Assembly (NCBI GenBank): GCA_030038175.1
Contig: JASHPN010000234.1
Span: 5,168 to 69,167 of the forward strand
DNA from: Verrucomicrobiia bacterium
GTDB taxonomy: Bacteria; Verrucomicrobiota; Verrucomicrobiia; Limisphaerales; UBA11358
Length of the DNA: 64,000 nt
Direction: 5' to 3'
Both the position numbers and the translations under genes were made by a program. Of this stretch, positions 33,667-41,840 are shown one piece after another (the first letter of the stretch is position 1; each line of letters opens with the position of its first letter). The notes under the pieces were generated by a model that was given only the letters and a program-made list of their open reading frames with translations, searched no databases and was not told where the DNA came from.

Positions 33667-35532
33667 CTATTTGGAATACACTGTCCATTTGCCGGATTGG
33701 GCCAGCCGGCGGAGTGAAATGTCGCCGTGCTTTTTTTCAAAATTGTCAATCGCGCTTCCAAAACCCACGATGAGGTCGCCATGATTTTCATGAAGTAGTT
33801 TCGCAAGAGCGTTGTCATCCGGCAGATAAAGGCTGCCGAGGCGTTCGAGATTTCCGGGAAATTCGAACGGCACCTGTTTTAGATCCATGGCTCCAAAATA
33901 AGGCCGTTTGGTTTCGGAGATTAAGCCGGTGGCATAGAACGGCAGTCCCTGGGGCAGGCGGCCCCAACAAATAATCTCATCGCCCGGTGCAAAATTCTTT
34001 CGCAAGGCCAACCCGATTTGGTCGAGTGTCTGGTTGGCCTTCAGATTGATCGGAAACAGCGGAAGTTCGGCGAAAATGACGTAAAACCCCGCCAATGCCA
34101 GCCCGACGGTAAAACCGGCGATTCGTTGGCGGTCCCATTTTTGCGACGAGATGAAGATCAAAATGAGGAATGCGGCGGCCAGCGGTCCCTGGCAAATCAG
34201 CCACAGCGGCGGTTTATCGTGCAGGATGAAACAGACAATCAAGGGAAAAATGGCCGGTGACAGAAACGAAATGGCCAGGCTGATTCGCCAAACCCTTAGT
34301 GGGGCAGACATCTTGCCTGCCAGGTCCGGACTGCCAAAGAATCGCCAGGCCAGCAAAACAGCGAGAGCGGGAAAGATTGGCAGGACATAAGCGGGCAATT
34401 TGGCGTGGGAGCAGGAAAACAGCGTAAACGTAAAAATGGCCCAGACGTTGAGCAACAGCCAGGCCTCTTTTGCTTTTGGATCCAAAGTGCGCCAATGCGC
34501 CCGCCGCCAGAGCCAGCCCAGGAGAAGGGTCCATGGCAGCAACTCGCCGGCAAGCACGGGAAAATAGTAACCCGGAATTCCGGTTCGGTTCTTAATGGTT
34601 GTGCCAAGCAAATGTCCCGCCGCTTGTCCCAAAATCATGTAGTGCGCTGATTGTGGCACCCGCTGGAACACAACCAGGAACCAGGGCGCGGCAACCGCCA
34701 GAAACAGAGCCAGACCGGCGATGATCCCGGCAAATAAAACGCCGGGTATTTCCTTTCGCCGAAAAATAATGAGGGCCAGGAGCGACACCACCGGAATTGC
34801 CAGGGCAATCGGACCCTTCGTCAAAAAAGCCAGCGCCACCGCAATCCAGCCGGCGAAGTGCCAGGCGAAAAACCGAATCATCCGTCCAACTCCCGGGGAT
34901 GCACTTGTGTCCTCACCGGATGTCGAACGGTCGTCCACGCTTTCAAATTGTCGGAGGATCATTCTCCCCCTCCCGGCGGGAGAGGGCCGGGGTGAGGGAG
35001 AGCCGTCCGAGAGGGAGCCAGGCGCGAATTCCTGTTCGACGGGCAAATCTTTCATGGGAAGGTCCCTCAGGGTCCGCCAGCTCCTCCAGAGAAAGTAAAT
35101 CGCCCAGGCGGTGAATTGCGTCAAAAGCATGTCCGTGGTGAGCATTCGCCCCATGATGAAATAGAAAGCCGTGCTCATCAGAATCAGCGCGCTCCAAATT
35201 CCGACGCGACGCGCGCCCAAAGCGCATCCGAGCAGGTACGCCGCCCAGACGCCGCTGATGCCCGCCAGGGCAACCGGCAGGCGCGCCGACCATTCGCTTT
35301 GGCCGAAAATCTTCATCGAAATCGCAACCAGCCAATAGGTCATGGGCGGTTTGTCCAGGTGCGGCAGATACCAGAAATGCGGCACGAGCCAGTTCCCGGT
35401 TTCGATCATTTCACGCGCGATTTCCGTGTAGCGTCCCTCGTCAGGTTCATTCAGAGGGCGGTTTCCGAGCAAAAAAAAGAACGTGAAAATGACGAGTGCC
35501 GGCAATCCAAGTTTGAGCAAAATCGGTTTCAC
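33667..35532 (-). CDS. ArnT-like / GT39-GT83 family polyprenyl-phosphate-sugar-dependent glycosyltransferase
   Basis: N-terminus LNEPDEGRYTEIAREMIETGNWLVPHFWYLPHLDKPPMTYWLVA is typical of ArnT/PMT-type enzymes, and the protein has many TM segments. The GTG start at 35532 overlaps the pgsA stop (GTGA). It carries a repeat-derived insert (see 34961..35002). Confidence 0.8.
   Translation of the reverse strand: MKPILLKLGLPALVIFTFFFLLGNRPLNEPDEGRYTEIAREMIETGNWLVPHFWYLPHLDKPPMTYWLVAISMKIFGQSEWSARLPVALAGISGVWAAYLLGCALGARRVGIWSALILMSTAFYFIMGRMLTTDMLLTQFTAWAIYFLWRSWRTLRDLPMKDLPVEQEFAPGSLSDGSPSPRPSPAGRGRMILRQFESVDDRSTSGEDTSASPGVGRMIRFFAWHFAGWIAVALAFLTKGPIALAIPVVSLLALIIFRRKEIPGVLFAGIIAGLALFLAVAAPWFLVVFQRVPQSAHYMILGQAAGHLLGTTIKNRTGIPGYYFPVLAGELLPWTLLLGWLWRRAHWRTLDPKAKEAWLLLNVWAIFTFTLFSCSHAKLPAYVLPIFPALAVLLAWRFFGSPDLAGKMSAPLRVWRISLAISFLSPAIFPLIVCFILHDKPPLWLICQGPLAAAFLILIFISSQKWDRQRIAGFTVGLALAGFYVIFAELPLFPINLKANQTLDQIGLALRKNFAPGDEIICWGRLPQGLPFYATGLISETKRPYFGAMDLKQVPFEFPGNLERLGSLYLPDDNALAKLLHENHGDLIVGFGSAIDNFEKKHGDISLRRLAQSGKWTVYSK
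34961..35002 (+). repeat. Palindromic repeat, family A, copy inside the ArnT-like CDS
   Basis: ATTCTCCCCCTCCCGGCGGGAGAGGGCCGGGGTGAGGGAGAG is read on the minus strand, in frame, as SPSPRPSPAGRGRMI. Confidence 0.8.
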
Positions 35533-36125
35533 ATATCACTCAAATAAAGCGCGCGATTGCGCCAGAGATAAATGCCGCCGGAAGTCGCCGTTAGAATGAC
35601 GGACAGCCAAAGCATGATTTCAGCCAATGGCGGCAGCCATTTTTGAATAAAGTGTTCCGACGCGACCGGCCATTCCTGGCACGCGTCGAGCAGGAGCAGG
35701 GCGTTGATCGCGGCGAGTTGCGATACGGTCTTGTGCTTGCCGAAATTTTCGGCGGCCAAAACAATGCTCTTGGACGCGGCGATCAGCCGCAAACCCGTGA
35801 TGGCAAATTCCCGCGCGACGATGACGATGACCATCCACGCAGCGACCTTCACCGGAGCCGTGGGATTGACATTGGTGCTCTGCACAAATGCGATGAAGGC
35901 CGAGCAAGTCAAAATCTTGTCAGCCAGCGAATCCATCAGGATGCCGAAGTTGGTGATGAGGCCGCGGCTGCGGGCGATTTTGCCATCGAGAAAATCCGTC
36001 AGGCCGGCGACATTGAACAGCACCAGGGCCAGCGTGCTGTGAAATGTCACGGGCGTGAACAGCGCCCAGATGAAGAGCACTGTCAAACCGAAGCGCGCGG
36101 AAGTGAGCTTGTTGGGTAAATTCAA
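35529..36125 (-). CDS. pgsA: CDP-diacylglycerol--glycerol-3-phosphate 3-phosphatidyltransferase
   Basis: CDP-alcohol phosphatidyltransferase motif DFLDGKIARSRGLITNFGILMDSLADK. N-terminus (TTG)NLPNKLTSARF. 198 aa. Confidence 0.9.
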   Translation of the reverse strand: MNLPNKLTSARFGLTVLFIWALFTPVTFHSTLALVLFNVAGLTDFLDGKIARSRGLITNFGILMDSLADKILTCSAFIAFVQSTNVNPTAPVKVAAWMVIVIVAREFAITGLRLIAASKSIVLAAENFGKHKTVSQLAAINALLLLDACQEWPVASEHFIQKWLPPLAEIMLWLSVILTATSGGIYLWRNRALYLSDM

Positions 36126-36135
36126 TTTAAAGAAA

Positions 36136-37359
36136 TCAGGCTCCGAATTTATCGAACATTCTCGCGTTGGCCTGCATGAGGCGAATCAGGAATTTGGCTT
36201 CAAAAACTCCGAGTGAACCGAGATTGGCGCCGGTTTCAGTAAAACGATCCAGTTTGTCCCATCCGCTCAATGCCGAATGGAGCAGGACGGGCTGCGGGTG
36301 CCACGAATGGCCTTTGAGCGCCACGGGCGTGGAATGATCGCCGGTGATGGCGAGCACATCCGGTTTCTTTTTCAAAAGGATCGGCAGGGCCGCGTCAAAG
36401 TCTTCGATGGCCTTTTTCTTGGCCGCAAAATTCCCGTCCTCACCGGCTTTGTCCGTGTATTTGTAATGGATGAAGAAGAAGTCGAAATTTTCGTATTCCT
36501 CAACGTATCTCTGGAATTGTTCGGCGATGGTCTGTGGGCCTTCGATTTTTTTCATTCCGACCAGTTGGGCCAGGCCCTTATACATGGGATAGACGGCCAG
36601 GCAGGCGGGCTTGAGTTGATAACGCTCCTCGAACAGGGGGATGTGGGGTTGATGAGCGATGCCGCGCATGAGAAAGCCGTTTGCGGGTTTTTCCTTTTCC
36701 AGGACCGGGAGGGCAACCTTGTAAAAATCCGCGATCAGCCCGGCCATTTTGATCTGGCCGGAGTTGCCTTCATCGCGCGGATGAACGGTCGGAATCGCAA
36801 AACCTTCGCGGTTGGGATCCGCGTCGGTCAACGGCCCCTCCAGGCCCTTGCCGCGAAAGACAACCACAAAGCGGTGCTCTTTTCCGGCCTTGATAATGAC
36901 TTCGGTGTCGCCGATTTTTTTTACCTTCGCCGCCAGTTTGGCGCAAAGCTTTTCGCAAACCTCCGTGGCAATGCGGCCCGCCCGGCGATCGGTAACGATG
37001 CCTTTCTTGTCCAACGTGCAAAAATTGGCGCGTGCGGCAACGTCGCCGGATTTCAATTCCAAACCCAGGCCGAGGGCCTCGATGACGCCTCGACCGACCT
37101 GGTATTCCAGCGGGTCATAACCAAAAAGCCCCAGATGTCCCGGTCCGCTTCCTGGGGTAATGCCGGGCGCAACCGGGATCATGCGGCCTTGCGCGGAATT
37201 TTTGGCGAGTGCGTCGAGATTTGGCGTTTTCGCCGCCTCCAACGGGGTAAGATAGTTTTGTTCTTTTGTGGCCAGGTCGCCCAGGCCATCCATGACCAGG
37301 AGGGCGATTTTGGCGTTGGACTTGATGGTCAATTCGGAATAAAGCGCGTCTAATTTCAT
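36136..37359 (-). CDS. apgM: Cofactor-independent (archaeal-type) 2,3-bisphosphoglycerate-independent phosphoglycerate mutase
   Basis: From ATG 37359 the protein contains MKLDALYSEL...ALLVMDGLGDL...TPLEAAKTPNLDALAK...PGSGPGHLGLFGYDP and ends AITGDHSTP. Its 407 aa is the family-typical size. The track ORF is extended upstream by 118 codons. Confidence 0.85.
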   Translation of the reverse strand: MKLDALYSELTIKSNAKIALLVMDGLGDLATKEQNYLTPLEAAKTPNLDALAKNSAQGRMIPVAPGITPGSGPGHLGLFGYDPLEYQVGRGVIEALGLGLELKSGDVAARANFCTLDKKGIVTDRRAGRIATEVCEKLCAKLAAKVKKIGDTEVIIKAGKEHRFVVVFRGKGLEGPLTDADPNREGFAIPTVHPRDEGNSGQIKMAGLIADFYKVALPVLEKEKPANGFLMRGIAHQPHIPLFEERYQLKPACLAVYPMYKGLAQLVGMKKIEGPQTIAEQFQRYVEEYENFDFFFIHYKYTDKAGEDGNFAAKKKAIEDFDAALPILLKKKPDVLAITGDHSTPVALKGHSWHPQPVLLHSALSGWDKLDRFTETGANLGSLGVFEAKFLIRLMQANARMFDKFGA

Positions 37360-37449
37360 CCGGATAATTTTGCTGGCAAAGGGGTCATTTCGCAATGGAT
37401 TTCCGGGACCACTTGAAATTTTCTGATTTTGGCGGAAATTGTCCTCGTC

Positions 37450-38064
37450 ATGGACAAGGTGGTGGCATGTGGGACCTGCGGGCTGGTGCAGGAGGTGGAT
37501 GGCGAAGTGCCGCTCGGGGCAGTCGTTAAATGCGCCCGGTGTAATTTCCAAATTTTTCACCGTCGCGTGGACAGCGGTTCGCGGACCCTCGCGTTTTCCC
37601 TCGCGGCGGGCATTCTCTATTTTCCATCCAATCTTTATCCCATTGTCACGGCCGAATACCAGGGGCAATCCGTGCAAACGACCATTTTTCAAGGCATTAG
37701 CTCTCTTTGGCACGACGGGCAGTATTTTATTGGCGGGCTGGTGTTCTGCACCAGTCTCTTTACACCCGCCCTGAAAATCCTGGGATTGATTTTCATCACG
37801 CTCACTCTGAATTGGCCGAGGTTCAAAAAGACGCGCGCCTGGATTTATAAAATAATTCGCATCATTGATCCCTGGAACATGCTGGAGGTGTTTTTATTGG
37901 CTATTTGCGTTTCCATGGTGGAAATGGGTGAAGTGGCAACCGTGCATCCTGGCCGCGGCGTCTTTTCCTTTGCGGCCGTGGTCGTGCTGACGTTGTGCGG
38001 CACGCTGACCTTCGATTCGAGGCTGCTCTGGGATTCCGCGGCAGAACGAAAAAAATATGAGTGA
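37450..38064 (+). CDS. pqiA: PqiA-family (paraquat-inducible protein A-like) membrane protein, single-module
   Basis: From ATG 37450 the protein begins MDKVVACGTCGLVQEV...CARCNFQIFHRR (CxxC...CxxC), followed by LAFSLAAGILYFPSNLYPIVT and TM segments. Only about 204 aa. Confidence 0.75.
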   Translation: MDKVVACGTCGLVQEVDGEVPLGAVVKCARCNFQIFHRRVDSGSRTLAFSLAAGILYFPSNLYPIVTAEYQGQSVQTTIFQGISSLWHDGQYFIGGLVFCTSLFTPALKILGLIFITLTLNWPRFKKTRAWIYKIIRIIDPWNMLEVFLLAICVSMVEMGEVATVHPGRGVFSFAAVVVLTLCGTLTFDSRLLWDSAAERKKYE

Positions 38065-38974
38065 CCAATCGCATTCTTTGCCCAGGGCAAAAATCCAAAA
38101 AGACGCGCTCTCGTTGTTTTTTTGGGCGCTCCCCGTCGCCGCCGCCATCATGTGCGGATGGTTTCTTTTGCACGATTTTGTCCTCGCCGGACCTTCGATC
38201 ACGATTTATTTTAAAGATGCCCAGGGATTGCAGGTGCAAAATTCCATGGTCAAATATCGCGGGGTGGAGATTGGGACTGTCGAGTCGCTTGAATTGGCTC
38301 ACCACGGCCAGGATGTCGCGGTGCGCGCCAGTTTGCATCGTTCGGCCGCCGATGTCGCGCGCCAGGGGTCTATCTTTTGGATTGTCCGGCCTGAACTCAA
38401 AGTCGGCGCCATCAGCGGCCTGCAAACTATCGTTTCCGGAAGTTATGTGGCCGTGCAACCGGGCGCCGGCGGTCCCACCAATGTGTTTAACGGCTCGACG
38501 GAAGAGCCTCCGCCTCCGATCCCGGGTATCAGCATCACCCTCTTGAGCGATGACCTTGGCGCAATCGAACCGCAGTCGGATATTTTATATCGCGGCCTCA
38601 AGGTGGGCAGCGTGCTTAATTACCGGTTGGACGACAACGCGCGTTACATCGTCGTCAATGCGCGTATCATGCAGGAATACGCTCCTTTGGTGCGCGTGGA
38701 TTCAGAATTTTGGAATGCCGGCGGCATTAACGCGCATCTGGGCCTCTTTAGCGGCCTGAACATTACTGCTGAATCCGCCCAAACCCTCGTCGCCGGCGGC
38801 CTTGCGTTTGCCACTCCGGAAAAATACGGCGCGCCGGCCACAAATGGCGCCGTCTTTTTCATCAATAACAAAGAAGACAAGACCTGGGACGATTGGAACC
38901 CCATCATCCCCCTCAACACCCAGCCCGAATCAAAAAAAACTAAGAATGAATGGCCGCAATTAAACGCTCAATAA
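38057..38974 (+). CDS. pqiB: MCE-domain protein (PqiB/MlaD-like), two MCE modules
   Basis: An N-terminal TM segment is followed by ITIYFKDAQGLQVQNSMVKYRGVEIGTVESLEL and a second module ILYRGLKVGSVLNYRL. It overlaps pqiA by 8 bp. Confidence 0.8.
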   Translation: MSDQSHSLPRAKIQKDALSLFFWALPVAAAIMCGWFLLHDFVLAGPSITIYFKDAQGLQVQNSMVKYRGVEIGTVESLELAHHGQDVAVRASLHRSAADVARQGSIFWIVRPELKVGAISGLQTIVSGSYVAVQPGAGGPTNVFNGSTEEPPPPIPGISITLLSDDLGAIEPQSDILYRGLKVGSVLNYRLDDNARYIVVNARIMQEYAPLVRVDSEFWNAGGINAHLGLFSGLNITAESAQTLVAGGLAFATPEKYGAPATNGAVFFINNKEDKTWDDWNPIIPLNTQPESKKTKNEWPQLNAQ

Positions 38975-39049
38975 CTTGGCGCGGAAATTGCTTATTTTCA
39001 ATTGGTTGCATTGGAAAGACTGCCTTTTTCCAGGGGGACTCGACACAAA

Positions 39050-40381
39050 ATGGGCGTATCGAAAAGATACAGAGTCATACCATGGCTGCCAGTCGCCGCT
39101 TCAGCGGCGCTCATGGCCATGGTCGCGCTTTTGGCCGTTGCCGATGCCAGGAATCTGAAAAAAGCGATTCTTTGGCGCAGGCACAGCACGCAGGTAATCC
39201 TGGCCATCCAGTCTTTTCAAGCCGACTTGGTGGATATCCAGCAGAATATGCGGGGTTATGTCACGCTGGGAAATTCCAACGACCTCAGTTCATACCACAA
39301 AAGCGTCACGCTTGAAAAACAGGAATTCAATCGCCTCGTCACCCTGACCGCGGACAATCCTCAGCAACAACAGCGGCTGACCTTATTGGCCTCGGCGGTC
39401 AACGCCGTCGTGTCCTACGATGATCGTGCCGTTGCCGTTTACCGGCAGCAAGGATACGCCGGAATTGCGAAGTTAACCGCCACGGACGAGGGCAGAACTC
39501 TTTTCGGCAGAGTGCGGGCCATTTTGGAGCGCTTTTCGGCCGAGGAGGAAAAGTTATCGGAAGTTCGCGATGTTTCGGAACAAAATCAATATCGCTATAC
39601 CGGACATTGGCTCGTCATCGGCAGCCTCCTGGCCGCCGCGCTCCTGCTGTATGCGACAGTTTTGGCCGGCCACGAATTGTCGTTTCGCCAGCGCGCCGAG
39701 GCGAAATTGAAAGAAACCTTGCTCTTGCAGAATGCCATTCTTGCTTCCGCCGATTATGGCATCGTCGCCACCGATCCCACGGGAGTGGTTCAAACGTTCA
39801 ACCATGCAGCCGAGCGGTTGCTGGGATATTCTGCGGCCGAGGTTGTCGGCAAGGCTACCCCCGTGTTGTGGCGCGATCCGGACGAAATTTCGGCCTATGC
39901 AACATCATTGTCCGAAAAACTCGGCACTCCGATTGCCCCGACATTTGAAGCGATCGTAAAAAAGGCCCAATCTGGTGAGGTTGACGAAGGCGAGGGGACG
40001 TTTATTCGCAAGGACGGCGGTCGCTTTCCCTGTCTCATTGTGGTGACGCAATTGGCTGACGAAAAGGGCCGCGCCGCCGGTTATTTGGGAATTTTCCGCG
40101 ACATCAGCATTCGCAAGAAAATTGAAGCCGAGCGCGAGAGCCTGATTATCCAGCTCCAAAAGACGCTGGCGGAAATCAAAACCCTGTCCGGACTTATCCC
40201 GATTTGTGCCTGGTGCAAAAACGTCCGTTCCGACAGCGGCTATTGGCAAACCGTCGAGCAATACGTCCGCAGTCATTCCGATGCGAGCTTTTCCCATGGC
40301 GTTTGCCCGAATTGCGCCGCCAAATTCAAGGATGATATCCTGCGCGCGAATCAAAAAGCGGGAGATGCGGTCTCGTTGTGA
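39050..40381 (+). CDS. Membrane sensor protein: CHASE3-like periplasmic domain, PAS domain, coiled coil, C-terminal Cys-rich module; no kinase/cyclase output
   Basis: ATG 39050. TM1 is followed by a CHASE3-like region (QSFQADLVDIQQNMRGYVTLGN), TM2 (WLVIGSLLAAALLLYATVLAG), a PAS domain (LQNAILASADYGIVATD...FIRKDGGRFPC...GIFRDISIRKK) and the C-terminal motif LIPICAWCKNVRSDSGYWQTVEQYVRSHSDASFSHGVCPNCAAKF. Confidence 0.7.
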   Translation: MGVSKRYRVIPWLPVAASAALMAMVALLAVADARNLKKAILWRRHSTQVILAIQSFQADLVDIQQNMRGYVTLGNSNDLSSYHKSVTLEKQEFNRLVTLTADNPQQQQRLTLLASAVNAVVSYDDRAVAVYRQQGYAGIAKLTATDEGRTLFGRVRAILERFSAEEEKLSEVRDVSEQNQYRYTGHWLVIGSLLAAALLLYATVLAGHELSFRQRAEAKLKETLLLQNAILASADYGIVATDPTGVVQTFNHAAERLLGYSAAEVVGKATPVLWRDPDEISAYATSLSEKLGTPIAPTFEAIVKKAQSGEVDEGEGTFIRKDGGRFPCLIVVTQLADEKGRAAGYLGIFRDISIRKKIEAERESLIIQLQKTLAEIKTLSGLIPICAWCKNVRSDSGYWQTVEQYVRSHSDASFSHGVCPNCAAKFKDDILRANQKAGDAVSL

Positions 40382-40419
40382 ACACCGGACCGAACAGGAC
40401 CATGAACTGTTCGATTGGT

Positions 40420-40470
40420 GCTTGCGCTCTTGATTGCGCAGGAGCCGACGTAAGGAGGCTCTGACAAAAC
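40420..40470 (+). repeat. Interspersed repeat, family B, copy 2
   Basis: GCTTGCGCTCTTGATTGCGCAGGAGCCGACGTAAGGAGGCTCTGACAAAAC matches 51719..51769 at 47/51 positions. Confidence 0.85.
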
Positions 40471-40609
40471 TAATCCGGGTCGCCCATCCGGACCACAGAC
40501 CATCTTCTGTCGCGTCTGTCCCTTGCGTCACTGCCAAGGGTTCTTGGAAACCGAGAATCACCCGAATTGCTGGAATTCTCATGTGCGAATCGTATATCGT
40601 AAACTCCAG

Positions 40610-41833
40610 ATGAAAAACTCACTGGCACTCCACGAATTTCACCACCGCTTCGGCGCGCGTTTTTCCGAGCTCAACGGCGCCGAAATCATCGCCGACTATG
40701 GTGACTGGCTGGCGGAATACAAGGCTCTGCGCGAAACCGCCGGTGTGCTCGATTTCAGCTTTCGCGGGCGTATCTGCCTGCTGGGAAACGATCGGGCCCG
40801 CTTCCTGCACGGCCAAATTACCAACGATGTAAAACGACTTGGGCTCGGTGAAGGATGCTACGCCGCCGTCACCACCGCCAAAGGCAAAATGGAAAGCGAC
40901 CTGAACGTCTTCAATTTGCCGGATGAATTGCTTTTGGATTTTGAACCCGGGTTGATGGAAAAGATTTCGGAACGGCTCGAAAAGTTTATCGTGGCGGACG
41001 ATGTACAGATCGCCGATGCCGCGCCCCATTACGGCCTCTTAACCGTGCAGGGACCCAAGGCCGCGGAAGTAATCGGCGCTGTTGGATTGGGGGAAGCGGA
41101 TGGAACATTCTCCCTCTCCCAGCCTGCCGCGCCTTCGTCCCGCTCCGAGCGGGACGAAGGCGGGCGGGAGAGGGCAGGGGTGAGGGAGAATCGTCCATTT
41201 CCGGCGCCGGCTCATGATGAAGGGGGTCTGTTTCGAAAAAAGAGGATGGTTTTGAAAATCCCCGATCCGACCTGGGGCGAAATCTATCTGGCGAATCAGC
41301 CGCGGCTTCTTTCCGGCGGCTTTGACATTTTCGTTCCTAATCAATCTCTGGGCGCCTTCGCCGATAAATTGATTGCCGCGGCAAAAAATCTTGGCGGGCG
41401 GGCGTGTGGCTGGACGGCATTCGAAACCGTCCGCATTGAATCGGGGATCCCGCGTTTTGGCGCGGATATGGACGCAAATAATTTGCCGATGGAATGCGGC
41501 CTTGAAGCCGGCGCGATGAGCTTCAACAAAGGCTGTTACATCGGCCAGGAAGTCTTAAATCGCGTTCACACCATCGGCCATGTGACCAAAGAATTGCGCG
41601 GCCTGCGCTTGGCCGATGATTTGCCGGCGCTGCCGCGTCACGGAGATAAACTTTTTCACAATGGCAAGGAAGTCGGCTATCTCACAAGCGCGGTCAAATC
41701 CCCCGCGCTAAACGCCAACCTCGCCCTCGGCTGCGTCCGCCGCGAAGCCAACCAAATCGGAACGCAATTGACCTTGCGTACCGCGGAAGGCGAAAGCCGC
41801 TGTCAAATCGCTGAATTGCCGTTTGTGAAATAG
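40610..41833 (+). CDS. ygfZ: YgfZ/GcvT-family folate-binding protein
   Basis: From ATG 40610 the protein carries VLDFSFRGRICLLGNDRARFLHGQITNDV and the signature FNKGCYIGQEVLNRV. It contains a repeat-derived insert (see 41107..41191). Confidence 0.8.
   Translation: MKNSLALHEFHHRFGARFSELNGAEIIADYGDWLAEYKALRETAGVLDFSFRGRICLLGNDRARFLHGQITNDVKRLGLGEGCYAAVTTAKGKMESDLNVFNLPDELLLDFEPGLMEKISERLEKFIVADDVQIADAAPHYGLLTVQGPKAAEVIGAVGLGEADGTFSLSQPAAPSSRSERDEGGRERAGVRENRPFPAPAHDEGGLFRKKRMVLKIPDPTWGEIYLANQPRLLSGGFDIFVPNQSLGAFADKLIAAAKNLGGRACGWTAFETVRIESGIPRFGADMDANNLPMECGLEAGAMSFNKGCYIGQEVLNRVHTIGHVTKELRGLRLADDLPALPRHGDKLFHNGKEVGYLTSAVKSPALNANLALGCVRREANQIGTQLTLRTAEGESRCQIAELPFVK
41107..41191 (+). repeat. 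Palindromic repeat, family A, long nested copy inside the ygfZ-like CDS
   Basis: The outer arms ATTCTCCCTCTCCC ... GGGAGAGGGCAGGGGTGAGGGAGAAT enclose an inner hairpin GCCTTCGTCCCGCTC-CGAGCGGGACGAAGGC. It is translated in frame as FSLSQPAAPSSRSERDEGGRERAGVREN. Confidence 0.85.
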
Positions 41834-41840
41834 GCCGAAA

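Noticed and set aside
40495-40530. Possible fifth repeat family (..CTGTCCCTTGCGTC..) shared with 44368..44410 and loosely with 30030..30055
   Set aside because: The shared core is only about 11-14 nt with variable flanks. That is too short to call by eye without a genome-wide count.
39905-40582. 225-aa minus-strand ORF spanning the sensor 3-prime end and the intergenic repeats (contains ...ASLRRLLRNQERK...)
   Set aside because: It runs through family B repeat sequence and antisense to a well-supported CDS. It is a repeat-derived spurious ORF. The same applies to 54143..54649 and 54282..54518 over the family C repeat.
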